Below, piece after piece: positions 1-12,602 of a DNA stretch of 48,023 bases. A program made the translations under genes and the position numbers. The notes beneath the pieces were generated by a model, which worked only from the letters and a program-made list of their open reading frames with translations, had not been told where the DNA came from and ran no database searches. The DNA is taken from positions 1-48,023 of the forward strand of contig NIVC01004379.1 in assembly GCA_002269645.1 (NCBI GenBank), written 5' to 3'. Position 1 is the stretch's first letter, and each line of letters starts with the position of its first letter. This DNA comes from Macrostomum lignano (taxonomy: Eukaryota).

Positions 1-3000
1 AACTAGTTGGTAATTCATTCTTGTGGTAGATTAGGGGCGGATTCTTGTGGTAGGTTAGGGGCGGATTCTGTGGTAGGTTAGGGACGGATTCTGTGGTAGG
101 TTAGGGACGGATTCTTGTGGTAGGTTAGGGACGGATTCTTGTGGTAGGTTGGGACGGATTCTTGTGGTAGGTTAGGGACGGTTCTGTGGTAGGTTAGGAG
201 GACGGATTCTGTGGTAGGTTAGGGACGGATTCTTGTGGTAGGTTAGGGACGATTCTTGTGGTGGTTAGTGGCAGATTCTTGTGGTAGGTTAGGGGCAGAT
301 TCTTGTGGTAGGTTAGGGCGGATTCTTGTGGCAGATTAGGGCCGGATTGTTGTCGTAGGTTAGGGGCGGATTTCTGTCGTAGATTAGGAGCGGATTCTTG
401 TGTAGGTTAGGAACGGATTCTTGTGGTAGGTTAGTACGAATTCTTGTGGTAGGTTATGGGCGGATTCTTGTGGTAGGTTAGGGACGGATTCTTGTGGTAG
501 ACTGGGGGCGGTTCTTGTGGTAGGATAGGGGCGGATTCTTGTGGTAGATTAGGGGCGGATTGTTGTCGTAGGTTAGGGCGGATTTCTGTCGTAGATTAGG
601 AGCAGATTCTGGTGGTAGGTTAGGTTAGGGGTGGATTTTTGTGGTAGGTTACGGACGGATTCTTGTGGTAGGTTAGGGACGGAATCTTGTGGTAGGTTAG
701 GACGAATTCTTGTGGTAGACTGGGACGGTTTCTTATGGTAGGATAGGGGCGGATTCTTGTGGTAGGTTTAGGGACGGATTCTTGTAGTAGGTTAGCGACG
801 GATTCTTGTGGTAGGTTAGCGACGGATTCTTGTGGTAGGTTAGGGGCGGATTCTTTGTGGTAAGGTTAGGGACGGATTCTTGTGGTAGGTTAGGGACGGA
901 TTCTTGTGGTCGTTAGGGGGATTCTTGTGGTAGGTTAGGGACGCAGATTCTTGTGGTAGGTTAGGAGCGGATTTTGTGGTAGGTTAGGGACGGATTCTTG
1001 TGGTAGGTTAGGGACGGATTCTTGTGGTGGTTAGGGGCAGATTCTCTGTGGTAGGTTAGGGGCAGATTCTTGTGGTAGGTTAGGGGCGAATTCTTGTGGC
1101 AGATTTGGGGGCGGATTGTTGTCGTAGTTAGGGGCGGAATTTCTGTCGTAGATTAGGGAGCGGATTCTTGTGGTAGGTTAGGGACGAATTCTTGTGGTAG
1201 ACTGGGGCGGTTTCTTATGATAGGATAGGGGCGGATTCTTGTGGTAGGTTAGGACGGATTCTTGTGGTAGGTTAGGAGGGATTCTTGTGGTAGGTTAGGG
1301 ACGGATTCTTGTGGTAGGTTAGGGACGGATTCTTGTGGTGGTTAGGGGCAGATTCTTGTGTAGGTTAGGGCAGATTCTTGTGGTAGGTTAGGGGAATTCT
1401 TGTGTAGGTTAGGGCGGATTCTTGTGGTAGATTAGGGCCGGATTGTTGTCGTAGGTTAGGGGCGGATTTCTGTGTAGATTAGGAGCGGATTCTTGTGGTA
1501 GGTTAGCACGGATTACTTGTGGTAGGTTAGTACGACATTCTTGTGGTAGGTTATGGGCGGATTCTTGTGGTAGGTTAGGGACAGATTCTTGTGGTAGGTT
1601 AGGGACGGATTCTTGTGGTAGGTTAGGGACGGATTCTTGTGTAGGTTAGGACGGATTCTTGTGGTAGGTTAGGACGATTCTTGTGGTAGGTTAGGCGACG
1701 GATTCTTGTGGTAGGTAGGGCGGATTCTTGTGGTAGGTTAGGGACGGATTCTTGTGGTAGGTTAGGGGTGGATTTCTGTCGTAGATTAGGTGCGGATTCT
1801 TGTGGTAGGTTAGGGACGGATTCTTGTGGTAGACTGGGGGCGGTTTCTTGTGGTAGGATAGGGGCGGATTTATTTGTGGTAGATTAGGGCGGATTGTTGT
1901 GGTAGGTTAGGGACGGCTTCTTGTGGTAGACTGGGGCGGTTTCTTGTGGTAGGATAGGGGCGGATTCTTGTGGTAGATTAGGGGCGGATTGTTGTGGTAG
2001 GTTAGGGGCGGATTTCTGTCGTAGATTAGGACGATTCTTGTGTAGGTTAGGTTAGGGGTGGATTTTGTGTGTAGGTTAGGACGGATTCTTGTGGTAGGTT
2101 AGGGACGGAATCTTGTGGTAGGTTAGGGACGAATTCTTGTGGTAGGTTAGGGACGATTCTTGTGGTAGACTGGGGCGGTTTTATGGTAGGATAGGGGCGG
2201 ATTCTTGTGGTAGGTTAGGGACGGATTCTTGTGGTAGGTTAGGAGCGGATTCTTGTGGTAGGTTAGGGACGGATTCTTGTGGTAGGTTAGGGACGGATTC
2301 TTGTGGTGGTTAGGGGCAGATTCTTGTGGTAGGTTAGGGGCAGATTCTTGTGGTAGGTTAGGGACGGAATCTTGTGGTAGGTTAGGGACGAATTCTTGTG
2401 GTAGACTGGGGCGGTTCTTATGGTAGGATAGGGGCGGATTCTTGTGGTAGGTTAGGGACGGATTCTTGTGGTAGGTTAGCGGACGGATTTTTGTGGTAGG
2501 TTAGCGACGGATTCTTGTGGTAGGTTAGGGGCGGATTCTTGTGGTAGGTTAGGGACGGATTCTTGTGGCAGGTTAGGGACGGATTCTGTGGTAGGTTAGG
2601 GACGGATTCTTGTGGTAGGTTAGGAGCGGATTCTTGTGGTAGGTTAGGGACGGATTCTTGTGGTAGGTTAGGGACGGATTCTTGTGGTGGTTAGGGGCAG
2701 ATTCTTGTGGTAGGTTAGGGGCAGATTCTTGCTGTAGGTTAGGGCGGATTCTTGTGGCAGATTAGGGCCGGATTGTTGTCGTAGGTTAGGGGCGGATTTC
2801 TGTCGTAGATTAGGAGGCGGATTCTTATGGTAGGTTAGCAACGGATACTTGTGGTAGGTTAGTACGAATTCTTGTGGTAGGTTAGGGGCGGATTCTTGTG
2901 GTAGGTTAGGGACGGATTCTTGTGGTAGGTTAGGGACGGATTCTTGTGGTAGGTTAGGGACGAATTCTTGTGGTAGACTGGGGCGGTTTCTTATGGTAGG

Positions 3001-4365
3001 ATAGGGGCGGATTCTTGTGGTAGGTTAGGGACGGATTCTTGTGGTAGGTTAGGAGCGGATTCTTGTGGTAGGTTAGGACGGATTCTTGTGGTAGGTTAGG
3101 GACGGATTCTTGTGGTGGTTAGGGCAGATTCTTGTGGTAGGTTAGGGGCAGATTCTTGTGGTAGGTTAGGGGCAGATTCTTGTGGTAGGTTAGGGCGGAT
3201 TCTTGTGGCAGATTAGGGCCGGATTGTTGTGGTAGGTTAGGGGCGGATTCTTGTGGTAGGTTAGGGACGGATTCTTGTGGTAGGTTAGGGGCGGATTTCT
3301 GTCGTAGATTAGGAGCGGATTTTGTGGTAGGTTAAGGACGGATTCTTGTGGTAGACTGGGGGCGGTTTCTTGTGGTAGGATAGGGGCGGATTCTTGTGGT
3401 AGATTAGGGGCGGATTGTTGTGGTAGGTTAGGGACGGCTTCTTGTGGTAGACTGGGGGCGGTTTCTTGTGGTAGGATAGGGGCGGATTCTTGTGGTAGAT
3501 TAGGGGCGGATTGTTGTCGTAGGTTAGGGGCGGATTTCTGTCGTAGATTAGGAGCAGATTCTTGTGGTAGGTTAGGTTAGGGGTGGATTTTTGTGGTAGG
3601 TTACGGACGGATTCTTGTGGTAGGTTAGGGACGGAATCTTGTGGTAGGTTAGGGACGAATTCTTGTGGTAGACTGGGCGGTTTCTTATGGTAGGATAGGG
3701 GCGGATTCTTGTGGTAGGTTAGGGACGGATTCTTGTGGTAGGTTAGCGACGGATTATTGTGGTAGGTTAGCGACGGATTCTTGTGGTAGGTTAGCGACGG
3801 ATTCTTGTGGTAGGTTAGGGACGGATTCTTGTGGTAGGTTAGGGACGGATTCTGTGGTAGGTTAGGGACGGATTCTTGTGGTAGGTTAGGGACGGATTCT
3901 TGTGGTAGGTTAGGGACGGATTCTTGTGGTAGGTTAGGGTGGATTCTTGTGGTAGGTTAGGGCGGATTCTTGTGGTAGACTGGGGCGGTTTCTTGTGGTA
4001 GGATAGGGGCGGATTCTTGTGGTAGATTAGGGGCGGATTGTTGTCGTAGGTTAGGGGCGGATTTCTGTCGTAGATTAGGAGCAGATTCTTGTGGTAGGTT
4101 AGGTTAGGGGTGGATTTTGTGGTAGGTTACGGACGGATTCTTGTGGTAGGTTAGGGACGGAATCTTGTGGTAGGTTAGGGACGAATTCTTGTGGTAGACT
4201 GGGGCGGTTTCTTATGGTAGGATAGGGGCGGATTCTTGTGGTAGGTTAGGTACGGATTCTTGTGGTAGGCTGGGGCGGTTTCTTGTGGTAGGTTAGGGGC
4301 GGATTCTTGTGGTAGGTTAGGGACGGATTCTTGTGGTAGGTTAGGGGCGGTTTCTTGGGGCAATG
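1..4365 (+). repeat. ~24-bp G-rich tandem satellite, consensus GGTAGGTTAGGGACGGATTCTTGT, ~175 units, with higher-order variant blocks
   Basis: Direct tandem periodicity; most units carry one TTAGGG; variant units (AGACTGGGGCGGTTTC, GATAGGGGCGG, GATTGTTGTCGTAGG, GATTTCTGTCGTAG) recur in the same order; the array runs off the left edge. Confidence 0.97.
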
Positions 4366-4404
4366 TGGTAGACACTTGGGTTAGCAACTAATTTAAAAAA
4401 TTCA

Positions 4405-4734
<330 letters not shown>

Positions 4735-5300
4735 TTATATATTTATATCATATTGCTAGCTCATTCTATTTTTAGCTTATTATTTCTTTAAAAAACAAAA
4801 AATTGTTCAAATAGAAGCGAATTTGTGAGTGAGTTACCAACTTGGGAGTTAAAGAGAAAGGCCTAGCCTAAGTATTTCAAGTAGATGTTGAAAATTGTAT
4901 TCAAGTCTTAGTTCAGACTGCTAATTCTGAGACTGCTAAGCAGCCTAGGCTACTTACAAAATCTAGAAGAAAAAGATATTGCAAAAGATCCCACTTTAGT
5001 GTCACGTGTTTGAATTTGGAAAAGCCACTTAGGAATTTTGCAATCTATAATAAAACTAGAAGTTCTCCGAAGCCTTACATTCATAGGTAAGTAACAAGTA
5101 TTTTGATATTATTTCTTCTTGTAGCCTAATACTCAATATACTAAATAGAGTTAAGTTAAATTAGAGTTATTCAATCTCAACTTAATGTTAACTAGCCTAT
5201 ATACTCTTTAAGTTTTTTTTAATTCTATTATTATTAATTAATGAACACTATTAATTTCAATAATAGCTACAAAAGACTTCTAAATACATATTTACTCTAG

Positions 5301-5521
5301 GCACCATAAAGATTAAGCTAGATTTATGCCCCATTTTGTCTGTCCAAACTGCCTTGTTGTGCAGCAGCTGTTGGCTTATAGGAGTCAATAGAAAACATAA
5401 GCGCCTCAGAAATAGCCTTTGATGGAGGATTCAGTGGCTTAAGCCATTACTGCTATTGCTACTATTAAAGATATTGAAGATATACTTGCCACTGTTCAAG
5501 CTATTGATAAGGACATATTGG
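5301..5521 (+). pseudogene. Putative decayed exon of an unidentified gene
   Basis: Bounded by ctctag| and |gtaaaac; reads RFMPHFVCPNCLVVQQLLAYRSQ*KT*APQK*PLMEDSVA*AITAIATIKDIEDIL; all five stops are TAA/TAG, compatible with C>T-mutated CAA/CAG/CGA codons. Confidence 0.3.
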
Positions 5522-5888
5522 GTAAAACAGAAAGTTCTTATGGTTTTTGAAGTTTCCTATGAAATGAAGTATATATAATAGTTGAAGTAATAACTATAGC
5601 TGAAACTTGAATTTGGGTTGCTCTACATCAGTCAATGGCTTTTTTATACCTCTGCACACATGGCTTCTAGAAATTCTATAGTCTATCTTCAAAAACTGAG
5701 AACTTTCTGTTTTATCCAATACCTAGCTATACTGCTACTACTGCTGTTATTGAAGACTACTACTCTTTCCAAGAATGGTAGAGGTCAGAAAATGTCTGGC
5801 CGCACCTTCTAAATGGTGGCTTATTTATCCAACTGAGCTTCACGGCTCTGTAATATTTGTCATTTTCTTTGCAAATAAGCCATTTTAT

Positions 5889-6607
5889 TTGCATACCTAT
5901 GCAAGTAGTGCTGACACCTGGTATTGCAGCCAGATCATGAGATCACTAGACTATACATGTCCTTGGTTGGCTTGCACAGGTGCACCTTAGCTGCAGGGAC
6001 ACACAGAGGTCAGTGCAATATACAATATCACACTGAGCAATGATATGAGTGCAACCAACAAGGGCCACTCCGTGGTATTGCAGGCACCTGTTGCCTCCAG
6101 TCCCTGCTATTTCAACTATGGATATGCTAGGTGGTGCTGTGGACTATGAGGCCAATCTTTATCTGGCCCCAGCTATACCAGGTGGTTGCCTTAGACTCAG
6201 TACAATGAACTGCCAAACTCTGAAAGCCCCTGGCATTATATCATTCTTTGCATACCTATGCAAGTAGTGCTGACACCTGGTATTGCAGCCAGATCATGAG
6301 ATCACTAGACTATACATGTCCTTGGTTGGCTTGCACAGGTACACCTTAGCTGCAGGGACACACAGAGGTCAGTGCAATATACAATATCACACTGAGCAAT
6401 GATATGAGTGCAACCAACAAGGGCCACTCCGTGGTATTGCAGGCACCTGTTGCCTCCAGTCCCTGCTATTTCAACTATGGATATGCTAGGTGGTGCTGTG
6501 GACTATGAGGCCAATCTTTATCTGGCCCCAGCTATACCAGGTGGTTGCCTTAGACTCAGTACAATGAACTGCCAAACTCTGAAAGCCCCTGGCATTATAT
6601 CATTCTT
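5889..6607 (+). repeat. Direct tandem duplication of a 359-bp segment
   Basis: 5889-6248 matches 6248-6607 (offset 359); the only substitution I found is G5982 vs A6341. Confidence 0.93.
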
Positions 6608-9450
6608 GTCCAGTTGACCTATGACCTTTAGCTAGAACTCATTATGCTGTAAGTTTCTATTGTGGCTGAGCTGAGGCTCCACTCTGAGGACCTTAAAGCC
6701 AGCTGGAGCCTTTTGTACATATTGGCAAACAACTGCAATTGGGGCAGTGTTGCCATACTGATCAGACTGTCCTTTCAACAAAGTATGCACTGCACTTCAC
6801 TATATGCCTACTGCATCTGGTTGTTTTTTGCATATGTATCCACTGTTATTCATCCCAAGGAGGCTTGTGCCTTTTTTTAACTTCCTGGCTGGGCAGCTAG
6901 AAGAGGTGCCAAACTACAACATACTGGCAGTGCTCCGAGACCTGAAGGCAGTTCTGTGGAGGTCCAAGCACTAGCCCTTTATTGCAGGATACAAGAATGC
7001 TAATACCAATGCACTAGAAGATCTGCTTGAGTGGCTAGACCTGGTGTCTGCAAACATCCAGTTCTGCAAGCCCCCTGCCAATCTGGTTACCATTGCAGGC
7101 TGCAATAGGTGATAGAATGCATGCCGGCAGAATGCCACAAAGAGACTGGTGCAACTCAATGGTATACTGGTTAACACTCATGAGCACCACTGTGCTACTA
7201 ACTGCGACACTATGGCTCCACTGACTCTCTAGTCAGACTATTGACTTCTGCTCTGCAACTTGTAGCTCCACAACTAGCTCTACCAACTGCCAAAGCAGTA
7301 GCAATGGTATTACTATTGTACTCTGTTGGACACCCACATGAAGCATCAATTTGTAGGCACTTTTGTCAGTGATCTTGGAGACTAGCACAAGGCAGAATAT
7401 TCCAACATTAGCACTACCATTAGAGCTGCTGCAGAGCACAGTCCCACTGATATGGCCAGTGCAGAAATTGCTACCTGTCTGGCAGTGACCTGACTATCAG
7501 GCAGGTACAGAACATTGAGTGACTCTACAGAAACTGGCAGCCCACAGGCAACACTAAAGATATGTTTAAGCACCTTCTAAATGAGTGGCAGCAGGCCACT
7601 GTTGATGATGCCATCTAGTCCATCATTGTAGCCAGTCCCAAATGAAGAGCTAAGCAGTGTAGATGGCCATCCAGACCCTGATAGGATAAAATAGATGCAA
7701 AAAGTGTGTGGCACTGAACCTAGCCAGCAACACCCTAGTAGAGCACAGGAATGAATTGCACAACTTCTTTGCTAGCACTATGAATGCACCTGCATTGCTG
7801 CTACTTGCCAATTTTGGGCTTCCACTGAACATGCCACTCCTAGCTAAGGACTTTTGCACCAGCCCAGTCACCACAGAGTATGTTGTGCTACTTGCTCAAA
7901 ACATTAGGCGACAAGGCACTTGGCCCTAATAGCCCTAACAATCAAAGTGCTACAGCTCTGCTATGTGAACTCCCAGGTGACAAGCATCATGCACTATATG
8001 TTAGCTGGCACCCTGCACCCAAGTGGACTATTGGGCATATTGTTCTGATCCCAAAGAAGACAGGGACAATGTGGAAAGAAGACCATTGCCAGTACCAGAT
8101 CTTGCTGATCTCCCACACTGCAAAGCTCTTCAAGCAGCTGCTGCTCAATTGCCTATAGTTGGTGCTGGATCTATACCTGCAAGTACAAGTACAAGCAGAA
8201 TGGATTCTGGCTATAATGTGGTACAGTGACAGATCCTTACACTCTGCCGTCTCTACTGTATCATTAAGGAGGCATGTATCCACCAGTCTATACTTATCAT
8301 TGACTTCATTGACTTTCAAAGGCATTTGACTTGGTGTTGAGAGCCACACTTTCCTTTGTCCTTTGAGCCTACAAGGTACCTTAGCAACTAATTGACATTG
8401 TCATGGCACTGTATTATAACACTTGAGCTGCTTTGGTGATAGTAGATGGCCTATTTGACCTGTTTAACACTTCATCAGGAGTTCTGCAGGATGACACATT
8501 GGCACTGTTCCTCTTCATGCTGCTACTGGAATGAGTGCTTTGGACCACAATCTCCTTGGCTGATGTTGGCTTCTTGCTGCACAGAAGAATCAGTCACCAC
8601 CAAAGCAAAAAGTGTGAGCATGCTTGGCTATGCCAACAACCCCACCCTCCTGTCCTTGTCTGTTGAAGGCCCTTGCACCAGATCAACAGGCTAGTTGAGG
8701 TGGCATTGAGTGTCAGTCTGGTTGTCAACACGCTGATGACTGAGGTGCTGACTATGCTGGCAAACATCCTAGTAGACCTGACATGCCACAGTGTAGACAG
8801 GCAGATGAGCAAGCTTGCACATTGCTAGCAGTTCACCTATCTTGGCGGTGTGGTGCCCCTCATGGATGAAGACCTCTGGTAGCATAGAGGACTTACCTGT
8901 GGCCTTCATTTGATCTAGGCCATCACCCAGTCCAAAGTGCTGGCTGACCACCACAGGGCTTGGCTGTGACAGGTGGTGGTTGAAACTATCCTGCTCTACA
9001 ATGCCCAGATGTGGATGCTAATGGCTACACTAGAGTGGCAGCTAGATTGGCACACTTAGGTCTGCTCTGTGTAGCCATTTGAGCTGACAAGAGCATTGGG
9101 ACCAAAGCCCTATACAATTGGGCCAAGCTACAGTGCCTGTCTATTATCTTGTGCTAGCTACAACTTCAACTCGTAGGCCATGTGATCTGCACCAAGGGTT
9201 ACTGCACCCAACCTATTTAGGATGTTCTGCTGCTCACTTTGCCAGTCCCATTCAGGTGGGGTCAGGCCTAAACCCATCAATATGTAGACTGCCTCCTACA
9301 CAATGCTGGGGTGCCCAACATTGCCAATGGGATAGACTTTCTATACTCTTAGGCTCTGCAACAGGCCATCTGATGTACCTTGTTATAACTATGACCTTGC
9401 ATATGGGGCTATATAATCTATTGTTATTGTTGAATATGTTGAAGTTGCCT
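6560..9450 (+). mobile_element. Heavily mutated non-LTR retrotransposon (RTE-like; APE endonuclease + reverse transcriptase), pseudogenised
   Basis: Relic APE motifs: WGSVAILI, FFNFLAGQLEEVPNYNILAVLRDLKA (GDFNA), LVSANIQFCKP, QLNGILVN. Relic RT motifs: IVLIPKKTG..LISHTAKLF, QNGF, LALFLFMLLL (QGDTLAPFLF), GYANNPTLL (YADD), QFTYLGG, ETILLYNA. Many stops and frameshifts; boundaries approximate. Confidence 0.85.
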
Positions 9451-11509
9451 TGCTAAACACTTTAGTCTCAAAATATATAAAAATATATAAATTATAAAAT
9501 AATTTCAGCTTAGCAACAAAGTTATTTGACTATCCCTAATAGTATGGCAGGACTACTGCCCTATAGGAGCTTATTTGACTAATACTTGTGCCACCCTACC
9601 AAGTAGGTGAACAGACTAAGGGCATAAGGCATAGCTAAGAAATTTTCTTTGGGAAGAGGATAGTCTTAGGGGGAAAAGTCTTCCTGAACTAGACTCTAGA
9701 TAGAACCAAATGGAAAAAGTGACATTTTCCTGGAACATGCATCTGGCACATTTTTTTAATTTCAGGTCAGTGTGGCGCGGCATAGCATAGTGTAGGAGGT
9801 CATGCACACAGTGCAACACAGTGGCCCAGCACAATGCAAGCGCAACATAATGCAGCGCAGCATAGTGCAATGCAACAAGGAAATATTTATGCAGTGTGAT
9901 ACAAAGCAGCGTGGCAGCTTGGCGCACTTTTTAGGCTAAATTTTTGGCCTCAACACACTTTTAAGCTGAAGGCTATCACTTCTTGGCGCACATCCAAGCA
10001 GTTTGTACAAAAATCCCAATTGAATAGATAGATAGGCTTCTAGCTAATTTGGCAACAAGCCAATTTAGTAATAACCATTGAGCTATGCATTTCCACAGTC
10101 CATTACAATAGACAAAAACTCAATAGATTGAATCCAAATGATAATATATATATGCTAGACTGGCTAGACTACATACTTGAATAATTTATTTTTATTTTTA
10201 TCCCTCTTTTGTATATCTATATTTTACAAAACTAACTTAACTTTATGTTCCCTTTATTTATTCTTTCTATAGCATAGCAATCATATGACTTGATAGCTTT
10301 ATCTGATAGCAGTTGCAAATGAGCCTTTGAGTGGAAAACAGTTCATTATGCATATACATATATTTATGATATACAATATATATAATATCTATACTTTTGC
10401 AACAAAAAGTGCAAAGTGTAAAAGTCTTAGTACAAAATACAATTCAACCAGGATTTTTTATGTTTAGTCTATTCAATAATTGTTCTTAGTGTCTCAACAC
10501 TTGTTTTACTATATGCTTTAGGCCTAAGCATATGTGGCTTATACTAGGCCTAGGAAAAACATGTGATATGTATGTGGTAGTTGGTTATTACTTTGGCTAA
10601 TTTTAAAATCTAAATAAACATGCAAACACAACTCAATGGATGACAAATTATAGCACTGTTTTAACTGCCCCCTCATATGTTGCCAAACTGACTATTGCTA
10701 TTGCCAAATTGCTTGCCTGTTGCTAAGTCAACCTGTAGAATAAGATCTTATCAACCAAACAAGGGATCTTAAAAAACCAAACATACAAATGACTTTCATT
10801 TTTATTGTCTCATGAGGAATATATTTTAGGAGTCTAAAAAAGTAACATATCATTTGAAAGAAGATATTCTCATCTACAAAATGAGATAAAGTTTTGACAA
10901 TCTACTCAATAGATACTGACTGATACTCGAGGTCAAGAATAGGCCATAAGTAAACAAAGTGCAATAAAGTTAAGCAACTATTCATTTGAAAGAAAAAATG
11001 TTTTGAACAACTTTGGGGTAGTTTTATTTTATTACATATAAAAAAATGCTATGTATAAGAGAATGTCGAAAAATGACACTTTTATGACATGTTCAGTTGA
11101 TGAGATCTTACCCTAGCCAAAGCCAAACTGCCAAATTAACTGGTTCCCAAAGGACAGATGGTATACCTCATAACTGTACACTGGAAAATTTTGGTGTACA
11201 GAGGGATCTGGCATACACTATTGTGACTATTGGCATACAAATTGGTGTATGCCTACAAAGGGTCAAAGGGGCCTGGTGTACTGCATTGTACTGTCTGTAC
11301 CCCTTGGTGTACAAGCTCAAGCTTGGTGTATAGAGATCGCTGAGACAGCAAGAGGGATTAGGCCTAGGCCTAATTGTTCTGAATCCGAACCAATAAACAT
11401 ATTTGGCGTACAAAAAATGACAAGTTAAAGTTTGGAATAGTCTCTATATGCATAGATGGAGCAACTAAAATTGTTTCAGAAAGAATATAGTACGGAAAAT
11501 TTTTACTAG

Positions 11510-11961
11510 TGTAACGTCGTCGCTTCTGTATTGAAAATGTTCAATTTCGTATTTATGGTTTTTTGCAATTAATATTTAAAACTATATCTATTTTGGTCTA
11601 ATGTTTGTAACTTATTTTTTAGTTACTTTCCTCATTTGGTTTAATTTTGTTTTTCTATTTTCAATTAGTGCAGTTATTCAAATTTTGCTTCTTGATAGTT
11701 TTTGTGTAGAGTCCTGCGCTCTGTGTGTTGGTCTTAGTTCCCGTAGGCTGGGTGGCATTAACATTATATTATCGTCTCAGGTTACCCTTTGGTAATAGTT
11801 GGCATTGCCATACTGCTTCTGACCTACTCACCATTATTCAGACTAGCAATTGAGTTGTTAAATTAATAATACGTATATTGGCCTAGGACAAGATCAACAC
11901 TCAGACTCAGCACGCGCACGCGCATCAGTCCCATGTTCTCGAACTAAATAAACTCGTCACA
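11510..11961 (+). repeat. 5' LTR (452 bp)
   Basis: TGTAAC...TCACA; identical to the 3' LTR except A11918 vs G20607; AATAAA near the 3' end. Confidence 0.97.
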
Positions 11962-11967
11962 TAAATT

Positions 11968-11988
11968 TGGAGGTCCCACCGAGATTCG
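11968..11988 (+). promoter_or_regulatory. Primer binding site complementary to the 3' end of tRNA-Gln
   Basis: TGGAGGTCCCACCGAGATTCG, 6 nt after the LTR; reverse complement CGAATCTCGGTGGGACCTCCA matches the conserved metazoan tRNA-Gln 3' end (...TCTCGGTGGGACCT-CCA). Confidence 0.88.
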
Positions 11989-12602
11989 TCGAACTCGCAT
12001 CAGCTCGGATTCAGCTCGCATACGGCTATATGCCATCAAGTATCTGCAGCAGTGCACAGGTACTCTAAAACCAAGTGGCAAGTGTTCCTGCATCCAACAG
12101 CGAGAGCGAGACAAACCCCCGCCATCACGTGACCGCGAGTCACCCCTTAGCTGGCCAACCAGAAGCTACCTGCCCGACTGCCTGCAAGTTTTCGTCCTTT
12201 GGGGTTGCGCGCAACGATACCCCTGTCAGAATCAACGCCAGTCAGAGTCAGCCAATCGAGACTGCACTACAAGTACAAGCGCCAAGAGACCAACTGACCA
12301 ACAACAAATTGAGCTTAAGCCGGGAGGCCAAGCCAACGCCGGCGGCAACCCAGGACTACACCGAATCACGTGGCAGTGGCAGGAGACCAGCTAGGTGAGG
12401 GAGTTTTCTTAGTATTCAACTCTGCATAGGAACATAGGGCCTGTCTGGCAGAGCCAGTATAATATTTTCTGGGTTAGTCTAATTTTTCTAGGAATTGTAG
12501 TGAGGCTCTTTAACTCTGCCAGACTTCTTTCGTGTTTTTATTATCTGGCCTTTCCTCTCGCCACTCTCTGGCAAAGCAATATCTGTCATATCTCGTCTCC
12601 TA

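Noticed and set aside
1-4365. True telomere or chromosome end
   Set aside because: TTAGGG occurs singly within a longer unit, not as a pure array, and the array lies in an intron
3665-4387. ORFs 3665-3865 and 4175-4387
   Set aside because: Translations of the 24-bp satellite; non-ATG starts and no domain content
11601-11795. Identical 64-aa ORFs at 11601 and 20290
   Set aside because: Incidental frames in the AT-rich U3 of the two LTRs
12075-12398. 107-aa ORF in the retrotransposon leader
   Set aside because: GTG start, low complexity, no motif; treated as 5' UTR
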